A stretch of DNA of 64,000 bases from Malacoraja senta (GCA_038087875.1 CM075989.1:11718001-11782000); one strand, 5' to 3'; shown: positions 1-13,692, numbered from the stretch's first letter. The notes: generated by a model from the sequence alone, not told the origin. A program made the numbers and translations.

Positions 1-1047
1 ATGCAGTGCTGGAGACCCGGGTTCGATCCCGACTACAGGTGCTGTTAGTACGGAGTTTGTATGTTCTCCCCGTGACCTGCATGGGTTTTCACCGAGATCT
101 TCGGTTTCCTCCCACACTCCAACGTTGTACAGGTTTGTAGGTTAATTGGCTTGATAAAGGTACAAATTGTCCCCAGTGAGTGTAGGATACTGTGAAGGGG
201 CTGTCCCACTTAGGCGATTTTTCAGCGGACTGCCGGCGACTGTAAAGTTCCCGGCAGTCGCCTGAAAAACCGGGAACTGGAACGGTGACTGTCAGAATGG
301 AACACACACACACAAACGCATCGCAAAGGTGGGGGCCAGGGAAAGCGGGGGGAGCGCTGTCTGAAATTCACACGGTGCAAAGCCAAGGTGATACAGACAC
401 ACACTGCGATGAACAGGGAAGTTAAGACGGCTAGCACAGTGTATGGTAAGTCCTTTAAAAGAGGGTGAAGGGGGGAGAAGGGGGGAGAAGGGGGAGAAGG
501 AATGGAGACACTTTTAAGAGGCCAGACAACTTTTAATAAACCAGAGATACACAGCTGTGAAGTTTGGCGAGCATTTAACATTACCGGTCGGTTATCCTTG
601 GTTCTGAAAACTCGTGCTTACGTTTTTGTTCCCCAATGAGCCAATGAAAATGACCGGTCAGTAAAGGCGATTAACTAAACTACCTATGACTACCTCGACC
701 ACCTATAACTACATGGTGACCCCACTACAACTGCACCTCCAACTACAGGACTATCGATTTTCTCCATGGCGACCAATTTTTGGTCGCAGAAATTTTTTCG
801 ACACGTTGAAAAATTTGCGGCGACCATACTGAGGCTGCGACCAGTTCCCAGAATGCGGGAACTCCTCACGACCATGAAGGAGACTCACCAGAGACCACCA
901 GCGAACATGTGGCGACCATGTGGCGATCATGTGGCGAGCGCAGAGTCTCCTGCACTCGCCTAAAAAGTCGCCTAAGTGGGACATGCCCTTTAATGTGCGG
1001 GGATCGCTGGTCGGCGCGGACCCGGTGGGCTGAAGGGCCTGTTTCCG
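1..1047 (+). mobile_element. HE1-like V-SINE (tRNA-derived), split by a DNA transposon insertion at 196-989
   Basis: B-box-like GGGTTCGATCC at 19-29, V-domain core (ttcggtttcctcccacactcca...ggttaattggc) and 3' end gggcctgtttccgcgctgtatctc(taaac)n. Colinear with the copies at 13385 and 26413. Confidence 0.85.
196..989. mobile_element. Non-autonomous DNA transposon (MITE), probably PIF/Harbinger
   Basis: Terminal inverted repeats aggggctgtcccacttaggcgattttt / aaaaagtcgcctaagtgggacatgccct. Flanks are TGA (193-195) and TTA (990-992), consistent with a 3-bp TWA target duplication. No transposase ORF. Confidence 0.7.
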
Positions 1048-1295
1048 CGCTGTATCTCTAAACTAAACACATACTGAACACATGGACATAGACACAGACA
1101 TGCATAAGGACATACAGTCAAACAGAGACAGATACACAGGAGACAAGTTCACTCACGTACACAAATTGAAACAATGAGGGTCATTTCAACCAGTAATGTT
1201 TCATTAACATGAATCACTGCTCTCCATTGGGGCCACTCATGGTTAGCTTGTGATTCAGAGCACACTTGTGATAAGTATGTTGCCCTTGTTTCAGG

Positions 1296-1545
1296 AACAA
1301 GGACAATGTGCGTTTATATAGCACCTGACACATTATGAAAACATCCCAGCACTCTTCGCAGGGACATCAGTCAAAGAGGGATTGGCAGCGAGCCACATGA
1401 GAGGCCTTCATAAACACGGTTTGGGAGGGAGGTTTCAATCAGCAAGTTAAATGTGGAGAGGAAGGTGGAAAATACTTTGGGAGATAATTCTAATATTGTG
1501 GACTTTGGCAACTGAAGGCATGGATGCCAGTAGCGGAGCAAAGGA
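1296..1545 (-). mobile_element. Old L2-like LINE / Deu-SINE-type 3' fragment
   Basis: Reverse complement resembles the '...gggatgttt...ggtgctatataaacgca' 3' tail shared by L2 LINEs and Deu-domain SINEs. Heavily diverged. Confidence 0.4.
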
Positions 1546-3069
1546 AATCGCTAAGATTAATCCACACGATTAGGAACTAATTACTGAGAGAAGTCTCTGT
1601 AAGTTAGTATCTGCCTGTAAAGTCTTGGCACCCAGCCAGAAGAGCGGTCTCAGTCAAGGTCAGAAGACAAGCAGGATTTTCTTTCCTTCACGTTCTTCAG
1701 ATGGTTGAGCTGGTGATTGATGTGGATTGAAATAACAACTTGGAGTTAAGCAAAAACATCTCAAGGCTGTAATCAGCAATGATGGCCACTGACCCAAACG
1801 GTAACAGGAGTCACGCACGTCCCAGACCACGAGTTGAATTTTAAAGAGCATAGTTAAAGAGAACAAATGTGCAAAGAGGTGGGGAGGAGGGGGCAGATGG
1901 AGATGGGAGGACAGGAGTTGGTGAACACAGGAGGCAGGCAGGTGAGTGGGGGAGGAAGCAAGATGGGGAGACTGGATGAGAGGTAAACCAGGGGGAATGA
2001 GAAACAGGAGAGCGAAGGTTGGTGGAAGGTGGTGGCGGTGAATTTATTTTTGTAAATGGATCAAAGAGGCAGTTGTACCACATTGGAAGAACAGGGGTGG
2101 TGCATTCAAATCTCCTCTGGGTGTTGGAGAACCTGGTAGTTTGTGGACTGGGTTTAATCAGTTTACAGATCCTGGATGGGGAATGATCTCTCTGACATCT
2201 ACAAGTCGGCATCAATTCGAGAGGTATTTGTCAGAAATACACCCAACTTTCACAGGGTACCTTGCCTCTGAACATCAGTTCTGGTCCATTGTCTATTGGC
2301 TTCTTCCACGGTTTGCTCAGAGACCTAGTTGACTGATCTTAAGGACATTGTGCAATGGATTGAGCATCCATTGGCAACAATTCTACCCTTTCTATTTTTA
2401 GTTTAGATATCCAGCGTCTGACGTTTTTTTTAACTTTCACCAACATTCATGCCATTTTGTATTCTCCCCATAGTCTCATCATCTCTCTCCCCAGATTCCA
2501 CCACTCTCCCATCTTAGACCCATAGAATCATACAACATCTACCTCATTGCAACCCTTTGTAGCTATAACACTATATATTCTGCACTCTGTTCAGTTTCTC
2601 TTTTGCAATACCTGATATACTTATGCATGGTATGATTTGTTTGGATGCCACACTGTATCTCAGTACACATGACGATAATAAACTAATACCAATTCTCTGT
2701 GTGTGAGGAAATTGCCCCTCGTGTCCCTTTTAAATATTTCCCCTCTTACCTTAAACCTATGCCCTCTAGTTCTGGACTCCTCTACCTCGGAAAATGCCTG
2801 TGACCATTTATTTTCCTTACCCATGCCTCTCATGGTTTTCTACATCTTCATTAGGTCACCCCTCAGCTTGCTGCGCTCCATGGAAAAATGGCACTCTCTT
2901 CGTGAAAGCTCCAGGCCAGCCCTGGGGGGGGGGGTGGCATCTGATAAAGTCACAGGTTGGGGACACTGACCCTTCAGATGGAGAGGCAGGTGCTCAGCAT
3001 GTCTTTAATATCCAGGCCAGGATATTGTTAAACATTTCACTGGTCGTTTGCCACCTGCTCGGTCACCAG

Positions 3070-3295
3070 TGTAACAAAGCAATTTGTTGAAGGAACTCAA
3101 TGGGACAGGCAGCATCTGTGGAGGGAAATAGATAAGTGACATTTGCGGGTTGGGATCCTTCTTCAGTCTGATGATGGGTCCCAGCCCGAATATGTAATCT
3201 GTCCATTTCCCTCCACAGATGCTGCCTGACCCACTGAATTCCTCCAGGTGTTCGTTTTTTACTCAAGATGCCAGCATCTGCAATCTCTTGCGTTT
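3070..3295. mobile_element. Penelope-derived palindromic (foldback) non-autonomous repeat
   Basis: Inverted arms aggaactcaatgggacaggcagcatctgtggagggaaat / atttccctccacagatgctgcctgacccactgaattcct. Same family as 18095-18316 and 38188-38495. Confidence 0.6.
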
Positions 3296-4850
3296 CCAAT
3301 CCCAAGATTTAGAATCTTGTGATGTGAACACAACTAGCAACGTCTATTGTCCTCCCCTAATTGCCCTTGAACTGAATGTTTAGCTGGGGCATTCCTGTTG
3401 AGTCACTCAGATTGCACATAAAGACCTTCCCTGGGCCGATGATAATCCAGAAGTTCTTGGATACCATTACCAATGTCAATTTTTTAATTCCAGTGTTTCC
3501 TGACTAACCAAGTTTAAACGGTTGGTTGGCAGAGGGAGAATTGATCTAATTTTGCCCGATTGTTATCCGGGCCAAGAGATCACCAGGCCAGTAACGCAGA
3601 GAGAGGGAGGGGGGGGTAGTGGAGTGGGGGTGAGGGGGGGGAGGAGGGGGAGGGGAGTGGAGGAGGAGGAGGGACGGGACTGGTAGGTGGCTCCCTCGGC
3701 TCTTGGAGGTTTGAGTTGAGTGACAGCTCGGAAATCTTCACGGGCGCATTCAGGAAAGCCACTGAAGTGTCCTTTAATCGGGCTGCAAGCAAATTATTTC
3801 CTGTTCTTTCATTTCTTTTGCTATTGAGTGGATTTGCAGAGACAGCTCTTGTCAAATACTATTTGAGGCAAATTCCGTGTGAGAAGAATTAAATCCAAAA
3901 TTTCCCTCTCAGGTTGATCAGTAGATTTCCGACTCTGTGAAGCACAGATTGTTGTGTGCGTGTCAGCGGTTTCCCAATTCATTGGCAGGATAAGTGAGTC
4001 AACACAGTGTCCTCTCCCAACCATCAAGGCCCTGGTTATGATGGTCTGATTAACTGTCCTGACCCGAAAGGTCACCTATCCATGCCTTCCATGCCCATAC
4101 CCATGTTCTCCAGAGATGCTGCCTGAACCTCTGAGTTACTCCAGCACTTTGTGTCTTTTTTTGACCTATAGTGGATGTTGATTTCTGGTCTATCCCTTGA
4201 GATGGACCAGGATGCCAGGAAAGGGAAGAGACAGATATTGACCATGTGAAAGTAAGAGATGGAATTTGGGGGAAAAAAATCGAATGATGTGTGTGAATTC
4301 TGCACAAGTGCAGGGAGTCCGTGTGACAGAACAAGAGTTGAGAGAAGGTGGGAGTTGGTGTGAACCGAGGACTGTTCCACAGATTCACTGAAGGGGCATG
4401 TGCAGCAACATGTTTGGCTTGGAGCAGCTGAGTGCAGTTAGAGAGGAAGATGTTCAGGTGAAAGGGAGTGATGGCAGTAGCGATCCTGGTGTGGATGGAG
4501 GTGTCGAGGGGTTGGACATTATGGTGTGAACCAAGAGAACTCTCCTGACTCCTTCAGGAGAAGCTGTGTCATTGATTATAGTCAATATTTGTCCCTTGCT
4601 CACTAAATGTAAATTATATCCAACCTGGCCTTTGATGACCACTCACGAATGATTCATTCCCATCCTCTGTCTGTCCATCCGCCATCCTTTTCTTCCTGAA
4701 GGTTTCCCCTTTTACAACTACCTCTGCCACTTTCTGCCACTGTTGCTCTTTCCCTCACCCTTTTAAATGCCTAATTCCAGTGTCAGAACTGTCCCCATGA
4801 GCAGTGTCAGGCAGCCTTAAGGCAGTGGCTCTTTGAGTTGAAATATAGTT

Positions 4851-5645
4851 GGGCAACACAATGATGCCACACATAGTGCAGCTGCCTCACAGTCCCAGTG
4901 ACCCTGGTTCAATTCTGGCCCCCAGTCCCATCTCTGTGGAGGTTGCACGTACTCCCTGCGATCGTGTGGGGTTTCTCCCGGGTGCTACAGTTTTCTCCCA
5001 CATCCCGAAGACAAGCAGGTTCTTCTTCGAGTCCGTTGTAATCTCAGATGTCGTTCTGCCAGTATCTGGCGCAGGTCACAGCTGGTCGAGTCGGTTCAGC
5101 CAGGTCCTGGGGGCTGCACTGGGGGGCGTCGTCACACTCCAGTAGGTGGGACATTGTCTGTACTGCTCCACAGCTGCATGTGTCTTCTGCCTGGTAGTTC
5201 CATGCTTTCATAAGTGCTTTACACCTCCCCTGCTCCACTCGTAATCTGTTGAGGGTCTTCCAGGTTGGCCATGGAAGGTCGTGCCCGCTGGCGAGGCATT
5301 CAGTCGGAGTGATTCCTCTCTCCATCCAGTCGTGGGCTCGTGTGTTGAGCTGCTTCCATTCATCTTTCCAGATGTTGGTCCTTGCTGTTTCTTTGGTTGT
5401 CTGGAGAGGTGGGACTGTCTGCAAGAAACTGGCTCTGGATTTCAGTTGGGGTGGAGGTGCTGTGTGTCCATGCAGGGGGTGCTAATTGGCAGGTTGATAA
5501 TTGGCTACTGTAGATTGTCCCAAGTGCAGTTGGCCGGTGGGACAGTCAGGATGGGGTTAGTAGGCATGTGTGGGTATACATTACAGGGAGCTTTGTGGGG
5601 ACATGGGATTGTGCTGAGACCTGGCATTGACTCGGCGGGCTGAAT
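4851..5645 (+). mobile_element. Diverged V-SINE interrupted by a LINE fragment (5022-5488)
   Basis: tRNA-like head (gctgcctcacagtcccagtgaccctggttcaattctg) and V-domain; the SINE resumes after the insertion with ttggctactgtagattgtcc. Confidence 0.6.
5022..5488 (-). mobile_element. 5'-truncated Ingi/Vingi-like non-LTR retrotransposon (C-terminal CCHC region and 3' tail)
   Basis: Open frame HPLHGHTAPPPQLKSRASFL...WKTLNRLRVEQGRCK...CSCGAVQTMSHLLEC...ARYWQNDI* (stop 5044-5046), short 3' UTR and (GAA)3 tail. Flanked by gcaggtt at 5015-5021 and 5489-5495. Clade assignment is from motif recall. Confidence 0.7.
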
Positions 5646-6204
5646 GGTATCATTGAAATATATGATAATAGGAAAATAAAATATAAAATATGTTATGATG
5701 AAGGCAGCAGTGTGGGCGAATGATCACTGGAATGCTTAATTCTCTTGAATTCTTGCGGGAAGCTCAGAACAGCTGTCAGAAACATTATCTATGGTATTGT
5801 GTCCCACTTGCTGTTAATCCAGTTCTTTAAGAGATGAATTTAATGCTTGTGACATTTTTAGTGTCTCCTGTATCAGACTTCAATCCTCCTCTTCTTCAGT
5901 AACACTGGAATTGAGTGGAATCGACCAGCCTTCAACTCGACCGAGAAAAGTGAATCTGAAATTCTGTAGCGTTTCTCACATCCCTGTCGGTTCCCAATGC
6001 ACTCCACGGTCAACGAGATACTTCTGAAGTGGATTCAATGTTGTAATTTAGGAACTTGGGCAATCTGTTTTGTGCTGTGGGATCCCACAGAGGAAGGTGA
6101 AAATGAACCAACCACCTGCTGGCGGTCGGTGCTCAGCAGGGCGGTTTCTGGCCTCAGAAAACTGAGCAAAGTCCCTGCTCTTCCTCAAATCGCATTAGTT
6201 TCAT

Positions 6205-6605
6205 AGGGGGAGATATTAAATTAATATTTCTCAACCACTTTTACTGGAGAGAAGATCATGGATGCTAAGGAATTGAGGCAAAGGAGTTGTGATGTCTCAG
6301 ATCATATATGTATTACCAATGAGGAGATATTCCAGGGTAGCAAATTCTAAAAGTAAAGGGTGTAAGCTGAAGGGGAGAGATTTAAGAGACCTCAGGGCCA
6401 ACTTTTTTCTCTCAGATGGTGGTCTGAGAGAAAAGAGGTGACCAGAGGAAGAGAGAGACGCAGATGCAATTATGACTTTTAAAATAAATTTTGCTTTAAG
6501 GGCTAAATGCAGGCAAATGGGACTAGCCCAGAATGCGAAGTTAATTGGCATGGACAAGATGGGCCGAAAGGCCTGTTCCCTTGCTTAGAGCTCAGTGACT
6601 GTATG
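6205..6605 (+). mobile_element. Degenerate CR1/HER1 LINE fragments
   Basis: CR1 3' motifs (aggggagagatttaagagacctcagggccaacttttt; gggccgaaaggcctgttcc). Confidence 0.55.
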
Positions 6606-6879
6606 ACACTATGAATATGAAATTGACCTCATGGTGACAGTGCTCTGTGGAGGTCAGAGGCGACGTGGTCAAGTCCATTTCCAAGACCACAGCTAATGTT
6701 TCAGTGCAGTACATGGGTGGGGTGGGGTGGAATGGGTGTTCTGGGGTGGGCTGGGGTGGGGTGGGGCGCTTGGTTGCGGAGGGTGCTGCATTGTCAGAGA
6801 TGCCATCTTTCACATCCTGAAGTGATGTCCTGTCTGCCTTTCAAGTGGTTTCCCGCTGCATTAGAGCCAAAGAGTTGTG

Positions 6880-7350
6880 CAGCGGAGAAATAGCCCTTTC
6901 CACCTACCACCTCTGTGCCGGCCCTCATGCCTATTTATACTAATCCAACTTGCCTGCACTAACTTTCTGCCTTGCTCATTGAAGTACCTGTCCAGATGCC
7001 TCTTAAATGTTGTTACTGTTCCTGCCTCTACTATCTGCTATGGCAGCTCGTTCCAGATACCAAGTATTCTTTGTATGAAAAATGTATCCTTCAGATCCCC
7101 TTAAAAACGCCTCCCTCTCGCCTTAAACCCTCTAATTATAGACACCCTTATCATGGGAAATAGGCACATCTATGCCTCTCATAATTTTATACACTGATAT
7201 CATGTCACCTCTCAGCCTCCTCTGCTCCAGGGAAAACACACCCAGCTCTTCCAATCTGTCCTGATAACTCAAGTCATCCAATCCAGGCAAACTCCTTGTG
7301 AATCTTTTGTGGTACTGCACACAGTATGGCTCAACCAGCATTGTGTACAA
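6880..7350 (-). mobile_element. CR1/HER1 LINE 3' fragment
   Basis: Minus-strand ORF 7132-7389 contains LSYQDRLEELGVFSLEQRRLRGDMISVYKIMRG, the typical CR1 ORF2 C-terminus. Confidence 0.75.
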
Positions 7351-10039
7351 CTCTAACATGAGGCCAATATTTATCCCCAACATCACCACTTAAGGAAATA
7401 CCACTTAAAACGCAGGTTGATCTGCTGCAACTGATCAAGAATAAAAAGGGTAATTTCAACATTGCTGTGAAAATCAATTTATGTTTAAAGATTTTCTCTG
7501 ACAGCAGCATTAGTTTAATGCATGGATTATCTTTCTGAAATTAAATGCAGAACAGGCAGTAGGCAAAGAATAATTACCATGAGAATGTTTCACAGGGGGT
7601 CCCCTGGGTTATCTCATCTAGGGGAGGAGGGGAATTGCCCATCCATCATTTCTCGGATAACATTCACCAAAACACACCGCAAAAAAATGAACCTAAAGTC
7701 ATCAGAAGCATAATCCTCAATGCTAAAAATATTTAAAAAAAGAATAGTGAAGAAAATAAATATCTTCATTGAATTCGATGAGAGTTTCTGAGAATAGACC
7801 ATGGGTCATAAAGTAGTTATCATTTATCAGATTTCACAAATAATGAATTCTCTATTGAACTTTCGAGTGGATTTATTGATCATATTCATGCCCTCTGGTC
7901 ATTAATGCCACCTTTCTCAATCTGTTTTTGCATCCTCTCCAAGATATCTATATTTTTTATTGTTTTCTGGCTGCTCCAAGCCTAGCTAACAGAGATTAAG
8001 TCCAAGTTTAATGCAATGTATCTACATGTTAATTCTGTCCCTCCAGAAATAAGCCTGGTTTCTGGTTTGAAGGGACATAATAGAGTAATGATTAAGGTCA
8101 GAGCTTGCAGAGTCAGGGGACTTGCCACAGAATGAATCTCCATCTGGTTGCAACACAAAGCAATGATTCAAAGTAAATGGACCTATTCAGAGTGGCAAGG
8201 ATAGAATGTACCATATGGTTGACTCCAGGTGTCGAGGACCTGGCTAGTCTTCCTTTATCCATTCATCACCATGGCATCATTCAAAGTGTACAAACGTCAA
8301 ATTAAAGACAATACTCATGATTCAGCAGATAATATTTGCAGCTTTGTGTGAGAAGTAATTTTTAGACTTTTGAATCAAAGCCACAATTTAAAAACATCTT
8401 GATGAAAACAAATAAGAATAAAGGAAATTGGACTATTTGTCCATAGCCTTTCTCTGCCCGTTTTGTCCTTTAATAAGGAGTGATGGTTGAGAGGAAGAAC
8501 GAGTGGACTCCGTGCTGAACGAGCTACAAGAGAGAGTGAACTCAGGATACATGTACACCATGGTTAAAGAATACACAGTCAGGAAGTCATGATGAACCTG
8601 TATGTAAAAAACTGCAAATCAAATCATTTCAGATGGTGGAAATCTGAAATAATAGTAGAAAATGTTGGAAATACTCAGCGGGTCAGACAGCCTCTACGGT
8701 GAGAGAAACAGAAGATGTTTTGGGTTCAAGTCCCTTTGTCAGAATTGGGAAAGGAGAAAAACAAGTTGGCTTTCAGTTGCAGAGAGTGGGGAAGATTGGT
8801 CGAACAAAGAGAATATCTCTGCTAAGGTGAGCCCAAGTGACTTCATGTGGCAATTAGTATCACACATATACTTTTTGTCTGCAATATGTGTTACTAATAG
8901 CAGCCTAGTGGGGCATGCCCTGCAAAACAGACTATATTAATAGAAAAATAATACTGAGCCAAAATGATGAGAGCACAAATGGCCAGTTCTGAAAGTGCAA
9001 ATTGGAAATGCAAGAAACTGCAAATGCTGGAATCTTGAGCAATAACTCACTGGGTCAGAGAGCATCTGGGGAGGGAATGGACAGGCGACGTTCAAGGCCA
9101 GGACCCTTCAGTCTGAGGAAGGATCGCGACTTGAAACATTCCCTCCCCAGATGCTGCCTGACCTGCTCAGTCCCTCCAGCCTTTTGGGTTTTTTCTCGCA
9201 GAAAGAGAAAATTACCTAAAGCTGGGGAACCAAAAGCTGGAGAATTCAATATTGAGTCTGGAGGCTGCGACAGAAAGCTGTAAGTGGTTGTGGTCTGGAA
9301 TGTGTGGCCAGGGTGACAGTGGAGGCAGATTCGATTGCAATGTTCAGAAGAGAGCTGAATACGTTTCTAAAAGGGAAGAATTTCAGGGCTGTGGGAAGGG
9401 GTGGGGGTGGGACTGGCTAGTTTGCTATTACATAGCCAGTATGCTCAATCGACCAAATGCTGTCCATCCCTGCTGTCACCATCCTATCCTTATCTGTTCT
9501 GTCCTTAATTCCAATTTTCTGCAAAATCCCCATAAACTTTCCCTCCTCTAAGCTGCCTATTCTGGCCTCAAGTGCATTCAGTGACTGCCTACAGTCCTCC
9601 CTGCCATACTGAATTTCAAAGAATCACAGCTCTCAGAGTGAAGAGATTCATCTGCATCTCCAAAAAAAATAGCCGCCCCCTTATAAAGAGGAATAATTTA
9701 TGCTGAAGGTGACTGCCAAGATGGTAAAGCATCTGAGAAACAGAAACAAAATAACTTCGTAGAATGCCACATAATTCAAAACAGAAATCTGAGGTTTTAC
9801 TTTTCAGTGTGAAAAATGAAGACGTCAAACATTGCATACAAAACAAGATTCTGAATGAGGCAATGGAAAGTACATACAAAGCCATGAGAAATGGCAATGC
9901 AAGTTAATAAGGAACAAAATATTCACACTAAGCAAGGGAGATTATTCAAGAGTTTAGCTTTCAGAAGAAGAGAAGCTGTGTGAAATATGCTTTGGCTTTT
10001 GATGAGATCACAGATGGAGTCTGAAATCTGCTCACCATT

Positions 10040-10640
10040 TTAAGAACATAAGGAGTACTGGCTACATAATTTATTGACATTATGGGTGATCCACCTCAAC
10101 ACCATTTCCCATATCCGTTGACTCTCTCAAGGCCCAGCGATCTATTGATATCTGTTTTTGAATCATCTCAGTGATTGAGCCCCCACAGGTTGGAGAGTTC
10201 CAAAGATTCACTACTCTGGGTGAAGGAATTTCTTCTCCTTTCAGTCCTTAACAGCTGATTCCTTTATCTGAGACAGTGACCCCTGGTTCTAGACCCCTCA
10301 GCAAGGGGAAAATTCTTCCCTGCATTCATCCCGGTGAGCCTTGTAAGAATTTTGTAAGCTTCCCATTCTTCTGAACGCTATAGAATACTGTGGTCAACGC
10401 AATCTCTCCACACCGGCAAACCTGCCATCCCTCGATTCACCATTTCGGTGATTCTTTGCTGGACACTCTCTGTGACAAATGCAACCACTTTAAGGCAAGG
10501 AAACTAAAATGATACACAATGCTTGTAGGGTAGTCTCACTGGGGCCCAATGTAATTGCGGTAAGATATCTTCACTCAATTACTCAAATCCCCATGTAATT
10601 AAGCCTAACATAACATTTGCCTTCTTATCGCTTGCTCCAA
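10040..10640 (-). mobile_element. Degenerate CR1 LINE 3' fragment
   Basis: Reverse-complement CR1 motifs (ccaaagattcactactctgggtgaaggaatttcttctc; gtgaccccctggttctagac). Confidence 0.6.
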
Positions 10641-10871
10641 AGAAAGAACAACAGTGTCACATAAAAGGCACCCAACACTTACTCCTGAATCCAGTCTTCA
10701 TTCCATTCCCGCTGCCAATTGTCACAAATATACCATCAGTGTACTCGGAGAGGAAGAACAGTACTCATGGTTCAGCAGTTAATGGGTGCAACTCTGTGTC
10801 ACAAAGAATTGTATTTTTTCTTGCCATTTATTTATAAGAGACCATTGATAACATTAGAATTACATCACAAC

Positions 10872-11176
10872 AGCACGGTGGCACAGTGTTAGAGTTGCTG
10901 CCTTACAGCACCAAAGACCCGGATTCGATCCAGACTAGAGGGTGCTATCTGTACGGAGTTTACACGTTCTCCCCGTGACCTGCGTGGGTTTTCCCCGGGT
11001 GCTCCAGTCAAACACCAAATATGTACAGGGTTGTAGGTTAATTGGCTTTGGTAAAGATTGTAAATTGTCCCTTGTGTGTAGGATAGTGCTAGTGTACAGG
11101 GATCGCTGGTTTGCGCGGACTCGGTGAGACGAAGGGCCTGTTTCCACACTGTATGTCTAATCTAAACTAAGCTAAA
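10872..11176 (+). mobile_element. HE1-like V-SINE
   Basis: Full-length, colinear with other copies; (ctaaa)n tail. Confidence 0.85.
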
Positions 11177-13384
11177 TACAAGGTTCGCACAGGAAGTTAA
11201 AGAAGCCTCATTTTCTCATAGTAGAGAAGGGGATCTCACTCACTCAGAGGGTGGTTGTGACAAGGATATACTTTGGAGAGGTTGGATAAATAAGGGGAAT
11301 GTTGATTAAAAAAAAGGAAAAATGGATGTGGTGAGTCCACATGAAACTGGCTGGTGGGGCCGAACAGCTTGTGTGTGTGCTGTATGCCATGTGAATGTGT
11401 ACCTCGACTTTGCAATGATTGGTTTTCCTGTCTGATCCATGCTCTCCTAACCTTGTGCTAAACTTGACCTCCTTGCTCGGAGTGTGGCTGAACTCGACAC
11501 TCTGCCAGCGGTGTTTGCCCAAATACTTCAATGTGTTCAGTTCACTTGCAGTGGAGAAGGGATGCAGCCTGACAATTCATTAAGCCAACATGTGTCAATT
11601 AAAGACATTCAACTGGAAACTAGATTCGGGGACTTGCTGTCTCCTTAGGGGGACCTTTGAGTTGTGGAGATTCTCCGATTTTTAACTCATGGGCCTCACT
11701 GATCTCTCTGCCCCATCAGCGGTCATTGCTTTCAGCTGCCTGGGTCCCACGCCCTCCCTATCGTTCCGTCCTCGTCCTCAAAGCTTCTGTGTCCTCATTA
11801 ACCTCCTTAAGTGGCTCAGCAGTAAATTTTGTTTGGAAATCATTTGAGTTCCACTATTTTGGAGCTTTTACTTGAATGCAAGTTGTTGTTTGAATTCTGT
11901 CGTCCGATGGAGAACTGTCTGAAGAGGATGGAAGGATGTTCACCCTACTGATTCATTCATCTGATCCTGTCGGCCCCTCACTTTATTTGCCAACTCTAAA
12001 GTTTAGTTCAGTTCAGTTTAGTTGAGAGATAGAGCTAGACAATGGAAATAGACCCTTCAGCCCATCAAGTCCACACCGACCATCGATCGCCCATTCACAC
12101 TAGGTCTGTGTAATCACGTTTTCCCATCCATTCCCTGCACACTCGGGGCAAATTATAGAGGCCAATTAACCAACAAATAGTAAAGTGTATAGAAAGATGA
12201 GAGCTGATCTCACTGTAACCTTTAAGATTCAGAAGTTGAACAGCGTAGACGCTGGAAGAATGTTTCCCCTTGTGAGCCAAGTTAAAAAGAAGGAATCAGC
12301 TGATGAGGAGGGATTTCTTCCCTCAATGGGCTGCAAGCCCTCTACCACAGATACAATGGAGTATATTCAAAGCTCAGATGAATAGAGTTTTGGACAATGG
12401 ACTATTCACGGGTTGCAGGGAACAGGCTGGTTGAGTTCAGACCAATGATACATCATCCATGATCTTATCTAATAGTGAAATAGGTGCAAGGGGCCGAATG
12501 GTCTGCTCTGCTTCTCGTTCCAATGCTCTTAAGTAGATGCAAAAAATCTCATGGCAGAGGAGTACTAGAGATTTCCTGCTATACTCTTTGACAAGCTTCC
12601 TCACTATCCATCAATTATCATGTTGTCTGCAATTGAGCCGTGTTATGTTTACTAATCAGACTACCTACATTTTCATCCATATTATTTATATATGTCACGA
12701 ACAATAGGTCCCAGCACTGAATGTTGTGGGACATCGCTGGTCACAGACCTCCTCTTGGAGTAACACCCATCCACCCCTTCTATAATCAAATTAAAGCAAG
12801 TCAAGTAGTGTAGGAAGGCAAGAAGGGTCTTGACCCAAAACGTCACCCATTCTTTCTCTTTAGAGATGCTGCCTCTCCCGTTGAGTTACTCCAGCTTTTT
12901 GTGTCTATCTTCAAGTCAAGTGGAGTTTATTATCACTTGCACAAGTACGATGTGATACAACTACAATGAAAATCTTGTTTGCAGCAGCATCACAGGCACA
13001 TGCACGCAGACAAACACAGAAAAACATAAATTATACCTATCTTATACATAAAATTATGCAAGACAAGAAAGAGAAAGGGACAGTATTAAAAAAAAAAAGG
13101 CATTGGTGCAAAACACAATTAGAAAAAGAAACAAGTCCATGGTGGTGCAAGGAATGGTCCATAAGGTTCCATTGTCGAGATAGGATTAGGGTTCTGCAGG
13201 AAAATACATGTTTCTGAACCTGGTGGTGTGCAAAGGTTTCTGTGCCTCCAATTTTGGATCCTGTCTTCATCTCCAGGATCAGCCTACCACGATGAACCTT
13301 TACTGAAGTCCATTTAGACAACATCCACTACCCTACCCTCCTCTAATATGGTTGTCACTTCCTCAAAAAGCTCAAATGGGGCAG

Positions 13385-13692
13385 GCGCGGCGGCGCAGCG
13401 GTAGAGTTGCTGCCTTACAGCACCAGAGACCCGGGTTCGATCCTGAATACAGGTGCTGTCTGTATGGAGTTTGTACGTTCTCCCTGTGACTGCGTGGGTT
13501 TTCTCCGGCTCCTCCAGTTTCCTCCCACACTCCAAAGACGTACATATTTGTATGTTAATTTGGCTTTGGTAAAAATTGTAAATTGCCCCAGTGTGTAGGG
13601 TAGTGCTAGTGTATGGGGATCGCTGGTCAGCGCGGACTTGGTGGGCCGAAGGGCCTGTTTCCGCGCTTTATCTCTAAACTAAACTAAACTAA
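13385..13692 (+). mobile_element. HE1-like V-SINE
   Basis: ggcgcagcggtagagttgctgccttacagc...gggttcgatcc...(taaac)n tail. Confidence 0.88.

Noticed and set aside
3603-6766. G-rich tracts (3603-3680, 6716-6766) as functional G-quadruplexes
   Set aside because: G4-capable low-complexity sequence, common in this window, with no independent evidence of function.
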